From positions 7,948,962 through 8,012,961 of the forward strand of contig NC_134034.1 in the NCBI RefSeq assembly GCF_964204645.1: a stretch of DNA of 64,000 nucleotides, written 5' to 3'. This stretch comes from Tubulanus polymorphus. Taxonomy: Eukaryota > Animalia > Nemertea. The notes below the pieces were generated by a model. It ran no database searches. It saw only the letters and a program-made list of their open reading frames with translations, and had not been told where the DNA came from. Both the position numbers and the translations under genes were made by a program. Shown piece after piece: positions 28,301 to 43,300 of this stretch (the first letter of the stretch is position 1; the number at the start of each line of letters is the position of its first letter).

Positions 28301-31300
28301 AACGTAGTTATACGTGTTGCATCAGCGCAACAACATTACAACTATTAATCGTATCTTCATATCATAATATCATTAAATCATACATCTACATACTATTTAC
28401 AAATCCAGTACGTAACTTTAGGCCTTGAGGTGAGAAAATACAAAATATCTGACTTACCTAAAATAATAACACAAGTAGGCCTATAAGGCACAAGATGATT
28501 TCTGGATGACGAATTGCTTTATTTGCCGACCAAGTCGAGAATGACCAGTAGGACTGAAACGGTTTATGTCCCCTGGTCATTCCAGACTTGGACCCATCCA
28601 GAAATCCCTTGTCCTGATTGATACATGTCAAGTCCTAGCAAAAGTCAGGGGTTAGAAGGTCCACATAGAAACGCGCTAATTAAAAATTCCCGTGAAAACA
28701 GAGAGGTGGCAGTCAGTTTGCCAACTCAGCAACAGGTGTCAAATTATTGTCAAAACAGTGACAAACACTATCAATTTGGATGCTCAGTCAAGCAAAGGCA
28801 CACTGTCTCCAGTTTATGACAAGAACGAACAAGAATATTTTATATGTTTAAATCATAAATGCGTGAAGATACATGAAAAAGATGATAATTTTGAAATTAA
28901 TAATAATCGTATAATATTATTTGAAATTAATAATAATCGTATAACATTACTTGAAATTAATACTAATCGTATAGTAACAATAATTGATATCTGGGACCAA
29001 CTACGCTATACTACTACAGCAGGAAATCCCTCTGTACTAGGGATCAATAGAGACGCTTGCTGTATTGTAACACCACAAGATGGCCTGACACGCGCATAGT
29101 TTAATTTAATTCTAGTATAACAGAATCTTGAAATTATATTATTAGTATGATATCTTTGTTAATAAATTGTAAAGAGGTTATTAGATTTAGAATTAAAAAG
29201 TTCGCTATCTATTGAAGAGTTTATTCAGCATCTTCAATTGTTAGTTTTAATTCGGTAACACATTTTGAATTGACAAAATTGCTTAAGAATTATACTTTTC
29301 ACATAAATACAGATGTAAAATTATTATATTTATTTTTAGAAATTTAGTATTATTATGCATTAACATTGATAATTATTTAGTTCCAATACGATAGCATTGA
29401 TTCTTACAATGTTTTAGTCATTTATTTGGTTAGAAATTCTTTTGTTGACCAGAACTGGTAGCTTTTTTCGGGTCGCATTACTCATGAAAAAATACTAACT
29501 CAAAAATTTGTACTGTCATCATCGTACATGGCACTTTGAACCGATGAAATCAGGCTGATCCAATGATAACTGGGACCTATCTAATGAGAATTTCTTTCTT
29601 GTTTTTTCATTCCAACAGTCTTCCTCAGGCGAAGTATCACCGTCCAGTACGCCAGCACAAAATGCACCAAAATTTGGTACATTGATTCCAAACAGAATAT
29701 TTGTGGGAGGAATTGCTGCTAATGTGAGTAGTCAACATAAGAATTCTGGTTGAATTGGACCATCAAATTTGTATTGAAATTTCAGCGAAATGTATCATCA
29801 TTATTTTCAGACGAATGAGACTGAACTAAAAAACTTTTTTGCTTCCTATGGAAAAGTGAAAGATTCAAAGATTATATCAGACAGAGCTGGTGTATCAAAA
29901 GGGTAAGGTTTTAATGACTTTGATTCTTGAAGGTGGGGTTAGAGTTAAGTATCAACGACCAGTAACAAATGTTGACATGATTTCCATCCATGCTCTGTGC
30001 CTAAACTGGTAGTTCGTAATGGCCCTTCACCTACTAGGCCTACTGTATTTTGCAATTAACTATCAATGTTGGTGTTTCATATTAGGCCCTGTTACTATTA
30101 TTGCGCATACTCGACCTTAATGGCCATAGCCATGAGTGAACCAAAACTGAGGATAGTGCTCCGGAATTAAAGAAACGTAAAAACAATGTCAAGTCTAAGG
30201 ACTTCTTCCGTTGGTAACTGCCTTTATATTTGGTAGAAAAGATGATGGTCCCAACTACTGGTCTGCTAGTTTGAATCCTGAATTTCCCCCTAACAATAGC
30301 ACTTCCTTTCCGGTCCTGCCTTAGCCTATATTGACCCAGTTCCATAGAACGTGAGTAAGAGTTAAAGTTAGAGTTAGTTCATTTTCAATGAGTTAACTCA
30401 GAGTTAAATCTTAATTCGGAACTGTGGAACTTGACCCATCGTGTTAAGTTTTTGGGATGGGTGCTCAATTCTGTATTTTGAAATTGTCCAAGATGACCTG
30501 TGGATATTTGCAAGTGTTATCTGGGTATCGCATTATTAAAACAAATGAGTTGTAAAGCCTGTTTTTTGACATTGTCGTATTATGGCAAAGTCTTTCTGAT
30601 GGGTGGGGAACTGCCCAGAAACCACCGCACAAAATGCTGTGTATCAATACTCGTCTTTTGTCCCGTACACTTTCGATGTGTGATTAGTGCCATTTAAAGC
30701 TTTACCAAAAAAGGGAATTCGATGAGAAGAGAATTCTCTAAAGCGCTCCAGTTATGTAATCAATTAACAATGAATGTTTGGTATATTTTTCGTGAAAATC
30801 TGTTCCATCCAGAAAATAGTTAACTGTAGTTCCCTAGACTCAGCTCTCTGTACCTTACTTGGACAGTGTGTGTGTCAATAATAGATTTTTATACAATGTG
30901 ACTCAATTACTTTTATGTCGCACTGTGAATGGTTTTTCCGGGCATAATTTGGCACGGGTCAAAAAGTCTTGATGATGGCGATATAGACCTATGAAAAAAT
31001 GTAAACCTCAATCATTTAACACCCACCAGATATCCCTAGGCTAATAAAGAGGTGTATTCATATTTTAGTTACGGATTTATTACATTTGAGACACCTGAAG
31101 ATGCAGAAAAAATTATAGAAAAAGAGGTAAAGTTTGATTGAACCATTTTAATCGATACTATTGAATCAAAGATTGGTCACTTTTTACTTTCATGTTTTTG
31201 ATCATAAATTAATTTCCTTGAGTTAGAAAGGTTTGAATAGTTCTAAGTAATGTACACTTTGCGAAATATTATGTACCTACTAACTTCGGTGAAATCGATT

Positions 31301-34300
31301 GTAGTTCGTATTAATGCTAAATTCAAAATGTCTTGTCTTCTTTCTTCCAGGCAAATAATCTTGTATTCAAAGATAGAAAATTGAACATTGGGAAAGCCAT
31401 TCGGAAACAGGTCTGTTTTTTTCTCATGATTATCTAAGACAGGGCTGTGATACGCTTCAGTGATTAGTCAAGCTACAATAAAGATCCATGATACAAGCTT
31501 AACTAGGATCATCTACTAGCCAGATTTAGTAAAGCACATGATTTTGGGGTCTGGGACCTTAGTGGTTTGTCGACATAAAAATCTGAAGTGGGTGTGTCCC
31601 TATCAGAGGTTTTTTCATTGTTAAACAATTGGGGGCCATTTTAGTCTCATCAGTCATTGTTGTTCTTAACCTTGTCTTCGGAGCAACGTTCAGTAACACA
31701 TGTGTACCGGACTTCCAGCATTGAGGAAGTCATAAACTGCTGTTTCTTTTCTCAATGGTTCTGCCGTCCGTTTTCCATCCAAAGAAAATGGTGTTAGGGT
31801 TCCCCAATAGAACTAGGTTCATACAAAGGAACCTTGTGAACGAAGTTCTCGGGTACAACGATTCATCAGATAACAAATAGAATTTCGTCCCAAGTTAGTA
31901 AATTCAATTAATTTCACAAGGATATAACAAACTGTCGTTATAACGAACAGATTTTCTGGTACCGGGAATTTCGCTAACAAGGGTCCACTGTCATGGTTTG
32001 AAATGGCATTATTTTTGGTGATATCTGGAAAAAAACAAATGAATAACAATGTTCATGCTAAATAATCATTCAAATTATGACAATGATACCCATACCTGAA
32101 ATGAATACATGGAAAAAAATGCAATGGGAATGATTACTTTTACAGGATGTACACTTTTTTCTGGGGATTGGGGAGGGCTATCAAGAAACAATAACAATGA
32201 TACAGTCTAAAAAAGGAAGGTTATTCTAAGAAATGAAACAAAACTATTAGGCATGCACTCTATGCAACGTTTGATGCATAGGCTATTGTTAATGATCGGT
32301 TGATCTACCTATTATGCATCAGTAAGGGTTTTGCATTCACAAAAATCGTTCTATATTTGATTTAATTAATCAGCAATATGGCCTAATCAATGGTATGAAT
32401 TCATGCATGAAAAACCGCAGTCAGTCGAGATGACCCTTATAGTTGTACGTCGTTCATACTTAATTTTTTAGGTGATAGTGCCAAAATTGTTGTAATAAAT
32501 GGGTTTTCGTATTATATCCAAATCTTGATTCGTATAAACATCTTTGCTCGGACATGCTGGTGAACATCGGACAGACAAATTTGGTCTTCAAAAGAATCAA
32601 ATGAGGTTTAGCAATATGATTATAGTCGGCGAAATCGTTCAGCAGAAAAATGAAATTCATTTTTTGAAAATCGTACGATAAGACAAATTGACCTTAAGGC
32701 TGTGGTCCTCCAAAACAACATTGTCGTTAAACATTTGCCGGCAGATGTAAAACATTAACCACTTGGATATATACCACAGTATAATCTACAATGCTTCAAA
32801 GCCCATGAGCCTCTTGTCTTTGCTAGTGATGTCTAATACGCCATACAAATAAGTTTTGAACTGCATCGATAGGGGATGACCCCAAAAGAAAAATATTTTC
32901 TAACCCATCCCCTTCAAAGTATCCGGCAATAATTTTCTTTGGGTATGTGCAAGGATTTTGGTCTGTATGAACACAATAAACCCCTGACCAGAAATATCAA
33001 TTGCTTAGAAGATATATTACTGGTGTTGGATGCTGACTGGAAAATAGTTCAGCCTTCACCTGTAGTTTGTACTGATGTTAGAGCTTTGCATGTTTGACCT
33101 GTTGTAACCTGCTAAGCAGATGCATGTAATCTTAAAAGTTGAAGTTGCATTATCCACTCTGGCAAGTAGGAAATGCAGTGCGCAATACTATTATGTAATT
33201 TGTTAAGTGATGCTGCTGAGTAACTGAGGTATACACATTCCCAGTACTACACATAAGTATGTACCTGGTAGGCCTTTATATATATGTATATGTGTATATA
33301 TATACCAGGTAGCTGATGCGTGGGGTATACATGCAGTATACCTCTTGCTGCTTCTCCTTGAGAATGAAATCTTTGCAGCTGCACTTTTGCTATGTGAGAA
33401 GACACCTTTGGGAAAATGAGTACTATGTGGAATATTAAAAGCCCTGGAAGCTCACATCGCTCTGAACCTTAATCGAACTCTTAGTTGGTTCCGCTGCACT
33501 TTTTATGGCCCCCTTGGAGCAAAGACCGAGCGGGCTATTGCATTCACTTAAATATTGTCCATCATCCGGCTGTAGATGAGACTAAGTAATTTTTGGGAGT
33601 TATCAAGAAGCTTCGATGGATTGTGATATCTTAATACTTGGTTTATGAATGTATCTACCCCAGGCCTATCTGTAGCCGAAAAGCTCGCTGATTATTTATC
33701 AGTTCTCTGACTGTGGGCCACTTTCGGCGCAGCAATTTTTACACAACTTAAGGCCCATCAGAAGAAGAAAAATTTGGTTGATTGGACTTAAGATTGCCAT
33801 CCTGTGACCTTTTTTATGGTCTTAATTCCGAGGCCTGGCATTTTTGTTTGTTTGTTTTTTTTGGCTTTACGTCACTTGGATCTTGGTTTCCCATGACTAA
33901 CCCTACTGGATTATTCATTTAACCTCGCGACGGGACTGCCTTTTTTAAGTGTTGTCTGCACACTGTAAGCAGTCAGCAGGACTGGAGCCCACTTGTCACT
34001 CAGCACTAATAGTGGATGCAACAGCATCACGTCTTATCTTACTGAGCTACCAAGGCTGCTCAACTTTGTCGCATTTCATTATGGCTCCGGAGACCTGTTC
34101 AGAAATAAATAACTTGCTCACATTCTGTGCATTCTGGTACTCGTCTTTTGTAGCTCAGTTGATTGTGCAATTAGTGCCATTTAAAACTTAACAAATCAAA
34201 GATGAAAAGAGTATTCTGGATATGTTCGAGTTAACTAACATTTTAAGTTAGTAGTAGGTATTTTTTCTCGAAGATTTATTCCATCCGAAAGATTCTATTA

Positions 34301-37300
34301 TTTGCACACACTGTTACTATTGTTTAAGTTCAAATTAAGAAGCGAAGCCCTGAAATGGATATGGACGAATGGCAGACATTTTTGTTCTGGTTTCTTTGTC
34401 ATTAGTAAAGTACGTGAATCATACTTATTCGCTGTACTTAAAATAATTATAGAGTTATTTTGCAACAACTCGCAGGTTAAATTCTGATATTAGCAAAGCG
34501 CACACGGCAAAGAAAAAAAAGTTTTTTCCTTGTGAAAAATCTATTTGATGTTTACTAAAATAGATCGAAAGTCGTAGTCGAAAAAAGTAGCACCAACATT
34601 TCTCATTTTCATGGTAAATTCAAATTGAAACTCATTCACGTTAAAGATTAGAGTAGCTGAAGATGACTATAATAATCTGTCAATTAATCCCTACAATATG
34701 GAGTCACTAGATTTTAGATGGTCCACAAAGTTATTCTATCCCATTTTTGCTTGTTAGTTATGTGGTAGATGAGAGGGGGTTAGGCAATCGCGTAGTGATA
34801 TGTCCGCATTGACATTGGCAGAAACGAGTGAAGGATGGCCTCAGGATAGAAAAAATAAATATGTACCCCGGTATATGAATATCATTTTGGTTTGAATATC
34901 ATTGTTATTTGTCCTATCAAAATCAATGCGATTAAATCCCAGCGGCAGATATCATATTGACAGTTTATCTCAGATTTGACCAGTCAAAAAGTATAGAACC
35001 AATCCAGAGTATATTGTTATAAATTTCTATGCCTATAATTTTCTATGCTTATTTCAGTACTAACTGGGACCTAAATCGCCCCCCCCCCCCCCCCCCTAAC
35101 CAAATAGATTGTCCCTTTCCACTTTTTCTTTTGATTTGCCATGATATTGTCGTGCGTGAAAACTGCCCCTTGAAAAATAAATTGCCGTGGTAAAAAAAAT
35201 GTTCGTTTTGTATTTTTTTTTCAATGATTTTATGCCAGAACTCCTGCTCATAGCAATTTTATGGCTTTTTGGAGTTTACAAAAAAGTTTTACATATGTAT
35301 TTTCATTTTTTTTAGCTCACTGTGACCGAAGGTCAGCAGAGCTGATGGGTTAGGGGGTGAGTCGTTCGTTCGTTCGTTCGTTCGTTCGTTCGTTCGTTCG
35401 TTCGTTCGTTCGTTCGTTCGTTCGTTCGTTCGTTCGTTCGTTCGTCTGTCAACTTTTTCTTCAAATTGCTACTAGTCCTACACTTATAATCAATTCCAAA
35501 TTTGGTATGAATGTTCTATGGACCACAGCCTACGAGGTACTGAGCCATTTTTTGGATTCGTCCACCAGGGGGTGCCCCTTGGGGTGGAGTTTACATATCT
35601 TCAAATTGTAATTAGTCCTTCATTAATGAAGAAACTTAATGTTTGTTGGCAAACTATTATTTTAGAATGTCGTTCCTGTGTCAATATATCGTTGAAGCTT
35701 TTACTTCCATGCCATGTTCCTAATACCTATCGCAATGAAGAGCTCTTTACATTTTAAATGTTTTTTTAATGATTCAATGCTTTTGATATATATTTGTCTG
35801 AAACAGTAATGCACAAGTTAAATATCATCATTTTACTTCAAACACAGGTTTCCTTTCGACCTTCATTAGAGCACTTAATCACTGTTTGTATACTTAAAGT
35901 TTCACCATTTGTTTATGAATTTTTGTTCCCCAAGTTTAAATCCTGCCATTTATTACTAAGTTCAGTTGAGATCAAAGGCTAGCAATAGCTCTGAATAATT
36001 GTAAACATAGGTTCATTGCCAAATCCATCATCATGATTTTAACTTAATTCTTATCTTTGCAGCCTGCATTCGCTAGACCAGGTGAGATATGCTATATTTT
36101 TTCAGTCACAGCAAAAAATAGCCTACATTTTTTTCGGGCGTACAAGTCGACCCAGTGTATAAAGCTAAGCTCAGGTCGACGTATGACCCATTCATCTCGT
36201 CGTAAATATCTGCAATATTTTCATCCGGGAACTATTTTGACCTGAGTGTGCTCATGACCCGATCATCTCGTCGTAAGGATCTGCGATATTTTCATCGGGA
36301 AATGTTCAACCTAAGTGTGCTTTCGACCATGACGAATTGATTGCAGACCCGTTAGAACGAGTTCTATTTCTACTACCCGATCAAATGGTTGTAGCCAAAC
36401 AGCAATGAGATGGTCACATGATTGATAGAGGAAGACTACTTAGTGTTGTCGACCTGAGCGCTCTTACGATGATGCGACAAATCGATTGGCAACCAGTGGC
36501 CACGTGTTAAAAACCCCTGTTCTTACGATGAGATGATCGGATTATAAGTCAACCTGAGCTCAGCTCAAGTCGTTGTCAAATTTTCAGTGTAAAAATTGTG
36601 CTGATGCTGTAGTTGGTGTATCAGTCAAGTCGCTTCTCCATGTGTTTACAATAAGTCACTTCGAAAAGAGTGCTAGGCCATTTGTTTTAATGATAAATTG
36701 GATTACGATTCGATTGACTTCAAATGACCTGTAAATTTGGCCCGGAACAACTGTTCACATGGGTGCCAATTAGGCCCGAGCCTGTTTGGCCAGAAAACCA
36801 GGCCCGCGCCAAATTTTAGCACAAGACAAATGATTGCTTGTGAATTGCAATTGGTACCGGAAATGACCTACATCGCTTTGTTTAAGCATCGTTTAGTATC
36901 GAATGAGTGGTTTTCGTGTTGCACGCTCTAATTAGGCATGGGCAAAATTTGGCCTGGACCAAATCGTCTCTGTGTGATGGTGGCTATAGAAGTTGAGAGT
37001 CCTAACCACTTGCAATTAATCATTGGTATTTATTGTTTCTAACATAAAATTACTGGATAAGTGATCATAGTTTTATCCACGTGTTGAAAATATTGTGTAT
37101 ACATTGAATGCCATGCACCTGTATTGGCTAGTATTTTACTGCCTTGATTATCGGCACGCTGCCACAGCAGTGTGGCTTATATGAATACTGTACAATGAAT
37201 ACACATGGCTTTCTTTGCTTTTGATTTGAAACATTTCCAAACTAAGAAACTATTTTATCAACATCCTAAATTCTAATTGATTTATAATGATATTGATATT

Positions 37301-40300
37301 TGAGTGTAGCCTAACATAAGTTAATATTCCATTTCATCATGACGACCTTGAACTCTAAACATTGTAAGTTTTAAACGATATTGAAAGCGTAGCTAGTGTA
37401 TTACGTAAATCGACCTATTAGAAATGATTTTTGGTCTCAAACCTTGACTTCCACACTAGGAAATGCGGTAAAGTTTTTGGCATTAGAGCATTGATATTTA
37501 GGACTATAGCTCATTTTTCAATTATGGTTGATTTCAGAAGCGTCTTTTTCACCGGTGTTATTCACAAATGGAATTCAATATTCATATCATAATGGCTTAG
37601 CAATATTCCAAGGACAAGATGGCAGCCAGTTTCCAGTTGCTCAACCCACTGTAAGTATGGTGATTGAGACATTTATAAGTTTTATTAGGACATATCCTAA
37701 TAATTCTTTGCAAGTCAGCCGTTGATGTTTGGATCTGGAATATCGATGTGCTGCCTAATATTGAGTTTTTCTTCAAAATGATTGAAGTATCGTGCTAATG
37801 GAGGGCAGCACTGACAAAGATTTTGACATAAATTCAAAGACCCCTGATGTCCTTAGACCCCAAGTAAATACTTGAGGTCTAGGGACATCATAGGAACGAT
37901 GTCGCGTTGAAAAAATGGACCGGACACCCTGCTATTATGTAAACACTGCTCAATGAGTCCAAGCTGTAAAAATTATGCATCGCCAGGCCTAATGCACTTT
38001 TGTTCTATTTCAGCCTCAGTATCCAGCTGTGATGGTTCCACAGCCTATGTATGTAACTCAACCTCAATATTCAACTTATCAGACACAAGCGGTAAGTATT
38101 CTTTCTTCGAACTGAGAAAGTTTCGGCGAACCCCGTTATGGGCCTGTAAAAGGAATCAAGTTTTGAACAAACAACCTTATCAAACAACCTAACTTGTCTT
38201 CACCCTGAGTTTTCTATGTCTCCATCGTCCAAAAAGTACCTTTTTAGTTGGAAAATTGTTACCTATTTTTGTTCACCAGAGAATACTGAAAAAATTTGAT
38301 ACATTACAGAAAAAGTTGATAATTTTTATGGCAAATTGCATTGTTCTCTCTCAAATCTCTCAGAATCATACTTATCAACTCTAATTGTACAGTTCTTGAT
38401 AGGTTTTGATGAAAATAGACAATTTTTGGTCATTAATTATGGCCGCCATGTTGAACTATTTGTTAGTGCTATACAGCCTATAATTCTATACATTGATTTT
38501 CATGAAATTTAGTGGATGGGTTTCAAACTGCTTACCCCTGGGAGACATACGTGGCTTTGCCACATTCTAGTTTCAAGATGAGATGATCCTTGGAGCTTTA
38601 CCTGGGGAGTATCTCAAAATTTCAATAGTTCTATCAATTAGAATAACTGTCTAATTGGTTTTAATCCCCCCCCCCCCTTTGATAAGACACATGCCAAAGT
38701 TGAAACTATTGATTTTCTAAAGAGAGACCACAGACAAAGATAAGACATTCTCACGAGTGTATTTCGAACACAACTTTTAATTGAAAAATAAATTGGCAAA
38801 TTACAAGTGGAAAACCTATTAAACTCTAATAGACTTAACGAACAAAAACAAATATATCTAAAAAAAACCAACAGCAACTAAGACGGTTAATATATGAATT
38901 TGAAACTGCAATTCAATTCAATGTTATCTTTATTGCACCGCAATAAATCGATAGTTCAGCAGTCGTGATGAATCCGTGGGAGGCCTCCACCCCCCACCCC
39001 CTTCCACGAGTTATTCTTATTGAAGTAACTATCGGAATTTTGAGATGCTCCCTTATTGCAGAGCAGAGATCAGGCCCCCCATTAAGTAACACGTGTAGTT
39101 CACCAATTGACCGAAGCAGTTAATCCTGTACATAAAGGAAAATCTATTGTTAAAACGATTTTCTTGAAAATATTTGGCTTTCTTAATTTCTGGGCCACGG
39201 TGATCTTGATGAAAAAAAAAACCATTTCTATCAATATGCGGACGAATTTTAGCCAATACTAATTTGCATTAGCCTACAAAACTCCAGGTGGAGCAATATT
39301 TGTAGGATCTAATTGAATTCAGATTATGATATAATGAATGATAATCCGTAAGGGAGCTTGTGGATTGTATCGACGGCATATTTATCATGCTGTGCGAGGT
39401 TGCTCTTCAGTAGACTTTTTATGAAGGTTGACCGGCCCGTTCATGTACAATAATGATTAGTAAGTCTATTGCCTGTCCAATCTTATATAGAAATGTTATT
39501 TTAAGGCGCAAAAGTTGAAGTCTACCAATTCAGAGCAAATATCACTGTCTATGTTTTCTCATATAGTCACTCTGTATTAAATTCTTAGGTTAGATTTTAA
39601 ATTCTATGATTGCTTAATTCTTATTTATTTTTTGAACTGGTAGAATTAGGTAGTTAGCTGCAAATCGAATTTGATAAGATTTCATTGATCAATTTTATCG
39701 CGCTTGTTGCTAACACGACCATATAGAAAATTCTTTTTTGTTTAATGATGCGGAAATGATGCAAGTTTATGTTGAGATATTTACTAACAGATTTTCCTGG
39801 ATGGTACCTTGGATACTGGGAGTAAATCAAAATGGTGTCAGGCCCCTGTGGTGGTAATGTGTACAACTATAGCATCAAAAGGCTAATTCTCTTTATAAAT
39901 ACATTTTGATATTTTAGGCAACAGCTGTGCAACAGAATTGGACAACAGCAGCAGCGGCAGCAGCTGCAGCAGCTAATCAGTGGAGATGGACTCCTCAGGT
40001 GAGAATTTAACGTGGTTGACAAGTTTTTTACAGTCCACATCACAAGCCTGGCAATGGGTAGTCAGTCAGTCATGAACTGACTGAATTGTTAGAAAATCCC
40101 AGAACCCAAGTATGATAGACAGTAGAGTTGAAGTACTATGACACTGATTGACTGGCTGATGCAATCATTCACTCAGTTCTAACTTTAATGGCAGCAGCAA
40201 GGTAACAAGTTTTCAATCTGATACAAAATAATTTTTTGTATATAGGCCCTAGCACCCTCCCCCCCTCTGTGGGGCTATGTACCTTCAGGGCTTGAATTTT

Positions 40301-43300
40301 CTGAGTAATAGACACTAACCTAGTGAAATTCATGAATGCTCAGTTTTAAGAAAATGGCCCTGTTGAAAACCAATTCAACAACATGGAAATGTGAAATAAG
40401 ATTCATGGTGCATAGACCTTTTTTCCTGGCGCTCATGTGCATTAGGCTATTGAATCAACAAGGTGCTTGTACAATGGCAAAAAGGGGTAGCCCGGCAAAT
40501 TTCTCCATGAAAGATTAACCGTTCATCCTATTCCCATGAGTGAGGCCTACCCAGTAACTTTATTTTTCTAGAGATGTATGCAGCCAGATACCGCTGTTTC
40601 CTCGCTCACTGTTACAATGCTGATAATGTTATGATTATCTTGCATATGGTAGGTAGATACTGTGTAGTCGTACTGTATTAAGATTGGAATTCTACTTTTA
40701 TCGTCAAGAATTAGATTACCTTCTTTTGCTCTGAAGTCTCCCTAACTGATTGGCAGTGCTATACATTATATGAACTCTGATTATAATTGCAAACATATCT
40801 AGTTGGAAATTATTTTGCATGACATTAACGTTGGTGAAATAGTTGGTTTATTTTTTTTAATTATTCAATAAACTCATGACTGTATTTAATTAACATAGTT
40901 TCAGAAGAAACAAACACAGTATTTTCCAGGCACCACCTTGGACTATTTTAATATATATCTAAAAATCTGCATAGTAACCAGGGCAATTGGTGGCAACTGG
41001 CGTTGAAAGTCTTGTTTTTAGTTTGAAAGAAAAGCGCAGAACCGTGAATTGTGCTGAAATTAATTTTGCAAGGTGGCAGCACAGTGCAGTACTTTGTTAG
41101 TTTAAGACAACAGCCACTGGAACTTTCGATTTTGTGACAAACATTACAATCAGGGATGAAAATCTTCCGGGGAAACGCAGATTTCCGCAGTTGGAGGTCC
41201 ATTTTTATTAGCCCACTTGGGACTTTAGTCCCAGCGGGCTATTGCGTTCACTTTTCGTCCGTCCGTCCGTAGACGGAATCCAGTTATTTTGGGAAGTTTT
41301 GAAGACGCTTCAAGGTAACGTCTTGATATTTGGGTTACACATGTATCTACCCTAGACACATCTTAAACCCAAAAACTGGCCCTGTCAGAATCAAGATGGC
41401 CGACTGGCAGCCATTGTTGTTCGCCAAAATCAGCACTTTTTACACATTTTTGAACTTTTTTAGGGAAATTTTGAAGACGCTTTGATCAATTACCTTGATC
41501 TTTCGGATATATGTGAATCCCCCCAGGGCCCATCAACATAACAAAAATTGGGTCGGTCGGACTCAAGATGGCCGTCCTATGACCTTTTTAGTGCCCAAAA
41601 ATGTTAATTTTGGCCCGAATTCTGAGTCCTGTAGCTTCCTACTGGTTTGCCATTTCTCATTACGATTTGTGATGGGTGTTCTTTGGAAAGGGATGTTTTA
41701 TACCTGAGACAGGTATTTTTCATCAGCCAATTATGACGCAATTGGTGGCCATCTTGGTGTAACCAGTACTCATTCGTAAGTGGGAAAAAGTTTTTCCACA
41801 TTATATTGATACCTAAGCATATTTTGCTACCACAATCAATTAGAAAGTTGTAGCTCATAACGTGTTCTATGATTGTGGTGAGTTTCAAGGTAATTGGATT
41901 TCGTATATGGCCACCAGGGGGCGTTGAATAATACAATAGCTTAGCATTTCTTTATTATATTCGTACCTATGAATATTTTGTAACCACAATCAATTGGAAA
42001 GTTGTAGCTCATGACATCATCTATGATTGTTGCGAGTTTTAAGGACATAAGTTTTTTTATATGGTCACCAGGGGGCGTTGAATAGTAGAATAACTTAGTA
42101 TTTCCTTATTATATTGGTACCTAGGCATATTTTGTTACCATGATCAATTGCAAAGTTGTAGTTCATGACATGTTCTATGATTGTGGTGAGTCTCAAGGTC
42201 ATTGGGTTTTGAATATGGTCACCAGGGGGCGTTGAATAGTAGAATGACTTAGTATTTCCTTATTATTATATTGGTACCTAGGCATATTTTGTTACCATGA
42301 TCAATTGCAAAGTTGTAGTTCATGACATGTTCTATGATTGTGGTGAGTTTCGAGGTCATTGGGTTTTGAATATGGTCACCAGGGGGCGTTGAATAGTAGA
42401 ATGACTTAGTATTTCCATATTAAATTGGTAACGAGGCATATTTTGTTATCACAATCAATTACAAAATCGTAGCTGCTGACATGTTCTATGATTGTGGTGA
42501 TTTGTAAGGTCATTGGTTTTTGTAAATGGTCACCAGGGGACGTTGAATATTGTTATTGTTAGATTGTTGAGCATTTGAAACCACTTCCCAAGTGGGCATG
42601 GTGTCCCTGGACCCCTAGTCATTCTTGAGATTGATGTAGATCCGTTGAGAAAATGATGGGGAAGGTAGGGTCTCGGGGGAGGGAAAAGTGGAGAGTTAGA
42701 TTGTAGCATACTTAAAGAACAGACCGTCTCAAAATGCAGGTGTCAATGAATGACCTGAACCCCCCGGATGAGGCATTCGATTATTTCTATTTTCAATACG
42801 ACAGGCATACGCAGATTCACAGACAGGGCTTACTGGTCAGACAGGCATACTATCACAATAAGACTTTAAGTCAGTGTTTGTGTTCCAAGGAATATAATGT
42901 CAACTGCCAACATGGATATAAAAGGCATTCGATGTTCTCACAATCAGTCACATTATTTATTGACAAGTTCATTTAAGTATGAACATGTTCTAGTGATTTG
43001 TATATCATCAGAGCCATCCTTTTATGAACTCTAGATATAAACAACGAACGATCAACCTCGTGGTAGCAGTCTTATTTTGTCATTGGAAAATGGGCGTCAG
43101 ATGCGCCAAAAACTCCTTGAAATTTTCTTGGGGAGGTCACCCAAATCCCCCTTCGGTGCTCGCTGGCTAGCCAGCAGTACTTAGCCTAATACTTTTATTT
43201 CAAATTTTTCCGCATTTTTCAAACGCCTCTGTTTTCATCCCTGTACAATAATAATAATAATTTTTCTTCTTATAGCCATCAGTATAAAAAATATGAGCTG

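Noticed and set aside
28692-29099. 135-aa ORF upstream of exon 2 as an alternative boule N-terminus
   Set aside because: Contains a ~30-bp AT-rich tandem repeat, ends in a stop, and has no convincing in-frame donor.
35357-35611. ORF with (SFVR)n repeats
   Set aside because: Translation of a (TTCG)n microsatellite within a HINE.
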